Below are positions 56,886 to 64,000 of a stretch of 64,000 nt of DNA, piece after piece. The notes under the pieces were generated by a model. It made no database searches. It was not told the origin of the DNA and saw nothing but the letters and a program-made list of their open reading frames with translations. Source of the stretch: an uncultured Bacilli bacterium (GTDB lineage: Bacteria; Bacillota_I; Bacilli_A; RF39; UBA660); contig CANRFQ010000004.1 in the NCBI GenBank assembly GCA_947629935.1, positions 5,403-69,402 of the forward strand, written 5' to 3'. Within the stretch, counting starts at the first letter, position 1. The number at the start of each line of letters is the position of its first letter. The translations under genes were made by a program, and so were the position numbers.

Positions 56886-58604
56886 GTGAGTAGTACAACA
56901 TTTACTATCTTAGCTGTTAGTTACTATATACTTGCTGTAGCCATTGTTATAGTTGTTTTAAATTTAATTAATAAAAAAGAGAAAAATTCTTATAAAAAAG
57001 AAATAAATACTTTAGAAAGAGATAAAAATTTAATTATCTCTGCTTCTATCTTAACTGAGCTTAATAAAGTAGAGTCTTTACTAAATAATGAAAAAATGGA
57101 AGAGACCTTTGGTCAGTGGCAAAAAAGATTTAAAAAGATTAAAGATGAAGAAGTGCCCAAAATTTCTGATGAACTTTTAGAAGTTGAGGAATTGTTTCAA
57201 GATAAAAATTATAAAGACTTAAAACAAAAACTGGCCCAAATCGAATTACAAATATATTATGTTAAAACGAGAGCTAATTTTTTATTAGAAGAAATAAGAG
57301 AAATAACTTTAAGTGAAGAAAAAAATCGCGAAACAATAACGAAACTTAAAGCTATGTATCGCGAGATATTTAATAAATATAATAAAGAAAAAGAAGATTA
57401 TAGTTTAATTTCTAGTCCGATCGAACTACAATTTGAAAATGTTGATAAATTATTTAGTGCTTTTGAAATTGCTATGGATGAAGGATCTTTTTCAGAAGTT
57501 GGGAAAATAGTTAAAGCCATTGATGATACAATTGGTAATCTAAAATTAGTTATTGAAGAAGCTCCATCAATTATCATGATCGGTAAAACGATTATTCCGA
57601 AAAAAATTTCTGATATTAAAACCATTTCTGATAAAATGCGCAAAGAGGGCTTCAACTTAGATTATCTAAATATTGAATATAATATTACCGAAACCGAAAA
57701 GAAAATATCGGATATCTTTGCCCGTTTGAACGTTTTAAATATTGAAGATTCGATTTTTGAGTTAAAAACTTTAGTCGATTATTATGATAGTTTATATAAT
57801 GATTTTGATAAAGAGCGAATAGCCAAAAAAATATTTGAAGATTATTCTCGTACCATCTTAGTTAAAGTGACAAAATTAACGAAGATTAATAATGATCTTC
57901 TGAAAAAATTAGGAGCAATTAAATATAGTTATGATCTTACCGATGAAGATGTTAAAGTTGTTGGAGATATAAAAAATGAATTTACCAATATCAAAAAAGG
58001 TTATGATCAAGTTATTGCTTCTCATCGTTCTAAAGCTTTTGCTTACTCCCGTTTAGGGAAAGATATGGAGCTTTTAAATGTGCGTCTAACTAAGGCAGAG
58101 GAAAGATTAGAAATAGCATTGCGCACTTTAGGAAGCTTAAAAGAAGATGAACTTAGAGCTCGTGAACAATTAGATGAAATTAAAGATATTTTAAAAAGAG
58201 CTAAATATAAGATTAAAAGTTTTAAATTACCAGTTATTCCTAAAAAATATTATATTGAATTAGCGGAAGCTACCGAAGCTATGCAAGAGATGGTAAAAGA
58301 ATTAGATAAAAAACCAATCTCAATTAAAGTATTAAATACGCGAGTAGATACTGCTAGAGACTTAGTATTAAAACTTTTAAATACAACTAATGAACTAGTC
58401 AAGACGGCTTGGATGGCAGAGATGGCCATAGTCTATGGTAATAGATACCGTCCAATTAATAAAGAAATTGACTTAGGTTTAGCTAAAGCAGAAGGTCTAT
58501 TTAATCGTGGTAATTTTAAAGCTGCCTTGGAAAATGCTATTAATACGATAAATATTATTGAACCAGGCATTCATAAAAGATTATTAGATGCCTATCAAAA
58601 TTAG
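56886..58604 (+). CDS. ezrA: Septation ring formation regulator EzrA
   Basis: Single N-terminal TM, about 540 aa of coiled coil, and the conserved C-terminal patch VYGNRYRP. GTG start with AAGGAAG RBS. Confidence 0.8.
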   Translation: MSSTTFTILAVSYYILAVAIVIVVLNLINKKEKNSYKKEINTLERDKNLIISASILTELNKVESLLNNEKMEETFGQWQKRFKKIKDEEVPKISDELLEVEELFQDKNYKDLKQKLAQIELQIYYVKTRANFLLEEIREITLSEEKNRETITKLKAMYREIFNKYNKEKEDYSLISSPIELQFENVDKLFSAFEIAMDEGSFSEVGKIVKAIDDTIGNLKLVIEEAPSIIMIGKTIIPKKISDIKTISDKMRKEGFNLDYLNIEYNITETEKKISDIFARLNVLNIEDSIFELKTLVDYYDSLYNDFDKERIAKKIFEDYSRTILVKVTKLTKINNDLLKKLGAIKYSYDLTDEDVKVVGDIKNEFTNIKKGYDQVIASHRSKAFAYSRLGKDMELLNVRLTKAEERLEIALRTLGSLKEDELRAREQLDEIKDILKRAKYKIKSFKLPVIPKKYYIELAEATEAMQEMVKELDKKPISIKVLNTRVDTARDLVLKLLNTTNELVKTAWMAEMAIVYGNRYRPINKEIDLGLAKAEGLFNRGNFKAALENAINTINIIEPGIHKRLLDAYQN

Positions 58605-58618
58605 AAAGTGGTAAATAA

Positions 58619-59347
58619 ATGAAAAAAAGAATTTTTATAATTATCCTAATTATTATTTTCGTTTCCGGAGCTGTCTATTTAGGAATGAATTGGGCAAATA
58701 TTAAAGATAAAAATAAAAAAGAAACTGAAGTAACGGATGCGATAAAATTTAAAGAAGAATACGAAAAATTAAATGATCAAGTAAATCCTAATAATCAAAA
58801 AGAATACCCTAAAGTTAGTATTCCTAAAGATAATGTTATGACTTATCTAAATGTTGAGGAAGTATTAGATATATTAGATAAAAAGACGGGTGTTATTTAT
58901 TTTGGCTATCCGGAGTGCCCTTGGTGTCGAAATGCTGTACCTGTATTATTGGATGCGGCTTTAAATACTGGATTAGCCCGAATTTATTATTATAATGCTA
59001 ATCAAATTAAGAATATTAAGGAAGTTGATGATGACGGTAATATTATCGAAACGCAAAAAGCTAAAAAAGGCTATCAAGAATTGTTAAAGGCCTTAGATAG
59101 TATTTTAGAAGAATATACCTTAACTGATAAAGATGGTAATCCAGTTTCTACTGGGGAAAAAAGAATTTATGTGCCATTAGTAGTTTTTGTTAAGGATGGT
59201 AAAATAATAGCTCATCATAGTGCGACAGTTGATTCTCAAAAAGATCCTTATGTTAAATTAAATGCTACCCAAAAAGAAGAACTTTATAATATTTATGTAG
59301 ATAATATTACGAAAGTAACCGATAGTACTTGTACAGATAAATGTTAA
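58619..59347 (+). CDS. Membrane-anchored thioredoxin-like protein
   Basis: N-terminal TM and a CPWC redox motif within YFGYPECPWCRNAVP. Confidence 0.65.
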   Translation: MKKRIFIIILIIIFVSGAVYLGMNWANIKDKNKKETEVTDAIKFKEEYEKLNDQVNPNNQKEYPKVSIPKDNVMTYLNVEEVLDILDKKTGVIYFGYPECPWCRNAVPVLLDAALNTGLARIYYYNANQIKNIKEVDDDGNIIETQKAKKGYQELLKALDSILEEYTLTDKDGNPVSTGEKRIYVPLVVFVKDGKIIAHHSATVDSQKDPYVKLNATQKEELYNIYVDNITKVTDSTCTDKC

Positions 59348-59394
59348 AATTTGCTTATAAAGAGCAAATTTTTTCATAAAAAGCGCAAAATTTG

Positions 59395-59423
59395 TTGAAT
59401 TATGTCGAAGGATACTTTATAAT
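59395..59423 (+). promoter_or_regulatory. Promoter TTGAAT-17-TATAAT
   Basis: TTGAAT at 59395-59400, a 17-nt spacer, and TATAAT at 59418-59423. Confidence 0.5.
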
Positions 59424-59481
59424 TTAATTAGGATGCCAAAGCAAGTAAAGGCATTAGTTTCAGGGGATTAACTTAGAAAAT

Positions 59482-59507
59482 AATCCTATGAAAATATAGG
59501 ATTTTTT
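59482..59507 (+). terminator. Leader terminator/attenuator hairpin upstream of CDS 59544
   Basis: Stem AATCCTAT/ATAGGATT with a GAAAAT loop, followed by TTTTT. It lies about 55 nt downstream of the predicted TSS and 37 nt before the ATG. Confidence 0.45.
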
Positions 59508-59543
59508 CGTGAGAAATTCTAATAAGTAAAAATGGGAGGGAAT

Positions 59544-60836
59544 ATGGAAAATAAGAATGAACTTGCAAAAGAAGAAAGAACAATATTTATTGTTTTAGCT
59601 ATTATTGTTTTAATAGCTATAGGGGTATTAGTAACTTGGTATTTTACAAAAGATAAAAAAGAAGAAGCAAAAGATAAAGATACCAATGATAAGACAGTGG
59701 AAACTACGAAAAAAGATACTAGCGATTTAGACGTTGGAGATACATACAATTTTACACCATCTCAAACTGTTGTTATCAGTGATAATGTCGTAGAAGAAGA
59801 TGTATCAATTGTGGAAGTAGCGGCAGCAGAACCTGTTGTTAACACACCAAAAATTACTGACTATAATCAGGAGGTAAAATTTTATTATCCTGAAGAAATG
59901 ATGAATGTTAGTAATGCTGAGGTAACTAGTCCAAATAATGATTTAATTAAATTAGAAAATGGTATTATTATTTCTGTTAAAGCTTATGATCCAATGACAA
60001 ACGTTGAAGTAGATGCCTTAGGTAAATATGTAATTACTGATGGAACAAATATTACCTTTAATGAAGAAGGTAAATATGTAGTTACGGTTAGAAATAATGA
60101 TGGGCAAGAATATGAAATTGAGATTTTAGTAATTAGCGAAGAGAATTTTAAAACATTAGTTGATAGTTTTATAATTTCAACTGAACTAGATTTAAAAGAT
60201 CAAAAATATTATGATACTGACAAATATAATAATTTCTTAAATAATTTTCAAAACTTTAAAATTATGGGTGATGAAGATTTAATTGCTAAAAGAAATGCTT
60301 ATTTAGCATTAGAACAAGAATATAAAGAATTAAGTGAAACTTTTAAAGCTATCGAATATGCTCAAGATGTCACAGAAGAGATTAATAATAGAGATTCTCA
60401 AGTGTCTCAAGAACAAACCGATAAAGAAAATATTAATGCTTTACTTAATGAAGCTCTAGGAAATGTTAATGAACAAGCCAATGCCTATGCTCAGGTAAGT
60501 ATGGATGGCGAAGGTAGTGTAGTTGTAAATGTAACCGATTCTACTAAACCGGCAAATACATATACCGAAATAATTGTTAGTTTATTAACAAAGCTACAAG
60601 AAAATAAAGAAAATATTACAGCAATTAGCTTACAAGGTTCAACGGATGCTATAATAGATTTAAATCAAGATCTAAATAGTCAAGTGACATCATTTGTACA
60701 AAGAGCTTTACCTAAGATGAGTGAAGAGGCTACTTTAGGTGATCTTGGTAGCGGTAGATTTACTATTAGTGTTAATACTGTAAGTGGCAGTAGTATACCA
60801 ATTCAATTTATTTTAAAAGTGCCTGAAGCTATTTAA
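59544..60836 (+). CDS. Membrane-anchored extracytoplasmic protein, unknown function
   Basis: GGGAGGG RBS before ATG 59544, one TM (IFIVLAIIVLIAIGVLVTWYF), and no recognised domain. Confidence 0.55.
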   Translation: MENKNELAKEERTIFIVLAIIVLIAIGVLVTWYFTKDKKEEAKDKDTNDKTVETTKKDTSDLDVGDTYNFTPSQTVVISDNVVEEDVSIVEVAAAEPVVNTPKITDYNQEVKFYYPEEMMNVSNAEVTSPNNDLIKLENGIIISVKAYDPMTNVEVDALGKYVITDGTNITFNEEGKYVVTVRNNDGQEYEIEILVISEENFKTLVDSFIISTELDLKDQKYYDTDKYNNFLNNFQNFKIMGDEDLIAKRNAYLALEQEYKELSETFKAIEYAQDVTEEINNRDSQVSQEQTDKENINALLNEALGNVNEQANAYAQVSMDGEGSVVVNVTDSTKPANTYTEIIVSLLTKLQENKENITAISLQGSTDAIIDLNQDLNSQVTSFVQRALPKMSEEATLGDLGSGRFTISVNTVSGSSIPIQFILKVPEAI

Positions 60837-60900
60837 GCTTCTTTTTTCTTGTTTAAAAGTAGTTTATATCTTATAATAAATAAAGAAAAGTGGTGAGAAT

Positions 60901-62184
60901 ATGAAGACTATTTCTCTATTACCGGCCGATACATATTCCGTAATAAATAAAACAATTTTATCTGATACCGATCGTAAAAATTTAATTACTTTATATGAGC
61001 CGATAATTGGGTCTTTGGCTGTTAGTTTATATTTAACTTTATGGCGAGATTTAGACAAGTTAGAGATAATGAGTATGGATTTTACTCATCACCATTTAAT
61101 GGCAATATTAAAAATAGATTTAGATTCAATTCGCACTGCCCGAGAAGTTTTAGAAAGTGTAGGACTTTTAAAAACTTTTTATAAAGAAGGGGAAATAAAC
61201 AATTATGTTTATGAATTATATTCACCTTTATCTGCTACTGAATTTTTTAATCATCCGATTTTAAATGTCGTCCTATATAATAATTTAGGAAAAAAAGAAT
61301 ATGATTTAATCAAAAAAGAATATGAACGCGTGCAAATTGATTTGTCGGGTTATACGGACATATCTAAAATGTTAAATATGACTTTTAAGTCCGTAAATGC
61401 TTCGCTTGAACATTTTGATGTTCAAAATATATCTCGAGCTTCTATGCAATTAGAAGAAAAAATTGATTTTAATTTAATAATTTCTTCTTTTCCGAAAGGA
61501 ATTTTAAACAGTAAAACTTTTAATAAAAAAACTAAAGACTTAATAAATCAGCTAGCTTTTTTATATAATTTAGATTCATTAAAAATGGCCGAAATATTAA
61601 GAACAGCTATTAATGAAAGAGGATTTATTGATAAAGAAGAATTAAGAAAAAATACTCGTAAATTTTATCAATTTAATAATAATGGTAATCTACCAACTTT
61701 AATATATCGTAAACAACCAGAATATTTACGCAATCCCAATGGCGATACTTCCAATAGGGGAAGAATTATTCATGTTTTTGAAACTACTAGTCCTTATGAT
61801 TTTCTAAAAAGTAAATATAAGGGTGTAAGACCAACAAGTCGTGATTTAAAATTATTAGAATATTTAGTTATTGATTTAGAATTAAAACCCGCCGTTGTCA
61901 ATGTTTTAATTGATTATGTACTGCGCAGGAATAATAATAAATTAAATCAAGCTTTTATTGAAACAATCGCTGGCCAATGGAAAAGACTAAATATTCAAAC
62001 TGCTGCTGAGGCTATGAGTGTGGCAGAAAAAGAACATAAGAAATATTCCAAAAAGGTTTCGAAAGTAACATCATCTAAGATTAGTGAAAAAGAACCCGTG
62101 TGGTTTAATGAATATATAACAAAAGAAGAAATAAGTAATGAAGAAAAGGCCGAATTAGAAGACTTATTAAAAGAATTTAAGTAG
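60901..62184 (+). CDS. dnaB: Replication initiation and membrane attachment protein DnaB (DnaD-domain family, Firmicute type)
   Basis: N-terminal pattern LPADTYSVINKTILSDTDRKNLITLYEPIIGSLAVSLYLTLW and a C-terminal DnaD-like domain (VLIDYVLRRNNNKLNQAFIETIAGQWKR). Located upstream of dnaI. Confidence 0.75.
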   Translation: MKTISLLPADTYSVINKTILSDTDRKNLITLYEPIIGSLAVSLYLTLWRDLDKLEIMSMDFTHHHLMAILKIDLDSIRTAREVLESVGLLKTFYKEGEINNYVYELYSPLSATEFFNHPILNVVLYNNLGKKEYDLIKKEYERVQIDLSGYTDISKMLNMTFKSVNASLEHFDVQNISRASMQLEEKIDFNLIISSFPKGILNSKTFNKKTKDLINQLAFLYNLDSLKMAEILRTAINERGFIDKEELRKNTRKFYQFNNNGNLPTLIYRKQPEYLRNPNGDTSNRGRIIHVFETTSPYDFLKSKYKGVRPTSRDLKLLEYLVIDLELKPAVVNVLIDYVLRRNNNKLNQAFIETIAGQWKRLNIQTAAEAMSVAEKEHKKYSKKVSKVTSSKISEKEPVWFNEYITKEEISNEEKAELEDLLKEFK

Positions 62185-62192
62185 GTGATAGA

Positions 62193-63071
62193 GTGTTAGA
62201 AGTTAAAAGTAATAATATTAAAAATATAAATATGTCCTTAAAAAAAGATTTTAATTTAGCTTTAAAAAATCCCAAAATAAAAACAATGGTTACCAACTTA
62301 GGCATTTCTGAAGATATAGCGATGAAATATACTTCGAAATTAGAAGATGCAGCACAAGAATTATCTAATTGTGAAAATTGTCCATCATTATTTGAATGTA
62401 AAAATAAAATAGAAGGATATGTTTATTATCCTAAAGTAAACGATCAACATTTAATTTTTTCTTATGTTGCCTGCAAATATAAAGAAGAAAGCTTAAAAAA
62501 AGAAAGTACTAAAAATCAAAGTGAACAAATGGCGCGGATGAAAGATATCGATATTACTGATAAAAAGAGAGTTAAAGTAATTAAATGGCTTAAGAATTTT
62601 TATGACAACTATGAAAAAAATCCTCATCAAAAAGGACTTTATTTGCATGGTAATTTTGGTTGTGGTAAAACATTTTTAATCTCCGCTTTATTAAATGAAT
62701 TAAGTCAAAAAAGAGTAAAAACGGAAATTGGGTATTTTCCGGAGATGTTAAGAGATTTAAAAGATGATTGGGATACTTTTTCGGCTAAAATGGATTATTA
62801 TGAAAATGTAGATATTTTATTAATCGATGATATCGGAGCAGAGAAAGTAACGGCCTGGGGGCGTGATGAAATATTAGGAACTATATTACAACATCGCATG
62901 GATAATCACTTAGCTACCTTTTTTACTTCCAATTTAACAATTGAAGAATTAGAACATCATTTAGCTTTATCTAACTATAGCGAAGATGGTGTAAAAGCAA
63001 GAAGAATTATTGAAAGAATAAAACAATTATGCGATGATATGGAAATGATAAGTGAAAATAAAAGAAAGTGA
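62193..63071 (+). CDS. dnaI: Primosomal helicase loader DnaI
   Basis: N-terminal Cys cluster (CENCPSLFEC...C), AAA+ Walker A GNFGCGKTF and Walker B LLIDDIG. Confidence 0.85.
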   Translation: MLEVKSNNIKNINMSLKKDFNLALKNPKIKTMVTNLGISEDIAMKYTSKLEDAAQELSNCENCPSLFECKNKIEGYVYYPKVNDQHLIFSYVACKYKEESLKKESTKNQSEQMARMKDIDITDKKRVKVIKWLKNFYDNYEKNPHQKGLYLHGNFGCGKTFLISALLNELSQKRVKTEIGYFPEMLRDLKDDWDTFSAKMDYYENVDILLIDDIGAEKVTAWGRDEILGTILQHRMDNHLATFFTSNLTIEELEHHLALSNYSEDGVKARRIIERIKQLCDDMEMISENKRK

Positions 63072-63123
63072 TATAAAAATTAATTTTGTATGCTATACTT
63101 AAAATAGAAAGAAGGTTTTATAA

Positions 63124-64000
63124 ATGGAAAAAGAAAAAAAGGGGAAGAAAAAAGCTATTATTATTGTAGCTATATTACTAATTTTAGTTATTTGCATAAC
63201 TTTATATGTTATGTTTAATAAAGATTTATTTGCTAAAAAGGAACAAAAAACTAACAAGACAAAAGTAGAACAAAAATTATCACCTTATAGTCTTAAAAGT
63301 AATAATTTAGAACTATTTGATTTAAGATTTTTACAACTAGAAAATGAACAATCTAATAAAATTTATAGCCCTTTATCAATCAAAACAGCTTTGGGAATGT
63401 TAAATGAAGGAACAGAAGGTCAGACTAAAGAACAAATAGCTAATATTATTGGAACTTATAAAATGAAAAAGTATGTAAATAGTCAAAATATGAGTTTTGC
63501 TAATGCCTTATTTGTACGAGATTCTTACAAGAAAAATATTAATGAAAACTATCTAACAAATTTAAATAATAACTATAATGCGGAAGTAATTTATGATTCA
63601 TTTGCTAATGCTAATAATTTAAATAATTGGGTTAAAGATAAAACCTTTAATTTAATTGATAGTGTTTTTGATGATGTAAGTGATTTAGATTTTGTTTTAA
63701 CTAATGCTTTAGCTATTGATATGGAATGGGTCAATAAAATTCAAAGTGAACATGATGATTATGAAGTTTCTCCCAAACATGAAGATTATAATTATAGCAT
63801 TTTATCTTTAGATGGAACTGGGTATAATACTTTAAAATTTAATAATAATCTAGATGTTAAATCTGCTCAAATAGGAGCGGTTGCTAATCGTTATGATATT
63901 GTTAGTACCCTAGGAGAAAGTAATATTAGAGAAGAAGTAGGGAAAGCCTATAGTGAATATTTAGCTAAAGATGAGTGTGGCACAGCCGCAAAAGAACCAG
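63124..64000 (+). CDS. Serpin family protein with N-terminal membrane anchor (3' end outside window)
   Basis: Open to the window end. TM segment IIIVAILLILVICITLYVMF, then YSPLSIKTALGMLNEGTEGQTKEQIANII and FANALFVRD, which are typical serpin N-terminal motifs. Confidence 0.75.
   Translation, partial: MEKEKKGKKKAIIIVAILLILVICITLYVMFNKDLFAKKEQKTNKTKVEQKLSPYSLKSNNLELFDLRFLQLENEQSNKIYSPLSIKTALGMLNEGTEGQTKEQIANIIGTYKMKKYVNSQNMSFANALFVRDSYKKNINENYLTNLNNNYNAEVIYDSFANANNLNNWVKDKTFNLIDSVFDDVSDLDFVLTNALAIDMEWVNKIQSEHDDYEVSPKHEDYNYSILSLDGTGYNTLKFNNNLDVKSAQIGAVANRYDIVSTLGESNIREEVGKAYSEYLAKDECGTAAKEP

Noticed and set aside
1-64000. Mollicute-type genetic code 4 (TGA = Trp), considered because of the very low GC and the Mollicute-ICE-like conjugation genes
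   Set aside because: Many well-supported CDS end at TGA (for example 1090, 15545 and 45938), and conserved Trp positions use TGG. The standard bacterial code 11 fits.
1-64000. CRISPR arrays, rRNA and tRNA genes, IS elements, prophage genes
   Set aside because: No regularly spaced direct repeats, no GC-rich structured RNA-like intergenic segments, and no transposase, capsid or terminase-like ORFs were seen. The few long intergenic regions (2949-3515, 41235-41449, 56584-56885, 59348-59543) are accounted for by promoters, leaders, terminators or the small-ORF module.

Overview
AT-rich, standard-code (TGA = stop, TGG = Trp) low-GC Firmicute chromosome; the EzrA, DnaB/DnaI, LepA-HemW and SrtB content fits Bacilli or Erysipelotrichia. 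About 60 CDS are supported. I found no rRNA, tRNA, CRISPR array, transposase or integrase. Both flanks (1-24.5 kb and 52-64 kb) are ordinary housekeeping and envelope genes: cyclophilin, uvsE, VanY-like peptidase, srtB, lepA, hemW, GDPD, SDR, YnbB-like lyase, a TQXA thioester adhesin, an activase/DUF2229 trio, M16 peptidases, rpsD, ezrA, dnaB, dnaI and a serpin.

The main finding is a roughly 27.5 kb block of genes all on the + strand (24567-52048). It joins two modules:
- A Tad/Flp-like pilus module: CpaB, a CpaF/TadA ATPase, TadB/TadC-like platform proteins, three Flp-like pilins, three TadE-like pseudopilins and a TadZ-like protein. A YfhO + GT2 glycosylation pair is nested inside it.
- A Gram-positive-type type IV secretion module: two VirB2/TrbC-like proteins, VirB6-like, PrgI/VirB3-like, a split VirB4, an NlpC/P60 hydrolase, a lipoprotein and a VirD4 coupling protein.

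No relaxase, integrase, replication gene or flanking repeat is visible. The locus therefore looks like a chromosomally fixed Tad-T4SS hybrid rather than a classical ICE.

Secondary observations:
- An unusually short conserved pilin leader, M-[KR]-E-[AS]-x-G.
- A leaderless pilin cassette carrying a 49-50 nt perfect repeat and an inverted partial copy.
- A 1138-aa Cys-rich secreted protein.
- A candidate type I toxin-antitoxin pair at about 3.1-3.4 kb.

All family assignments come from motif recognition by eye. No searches were run.
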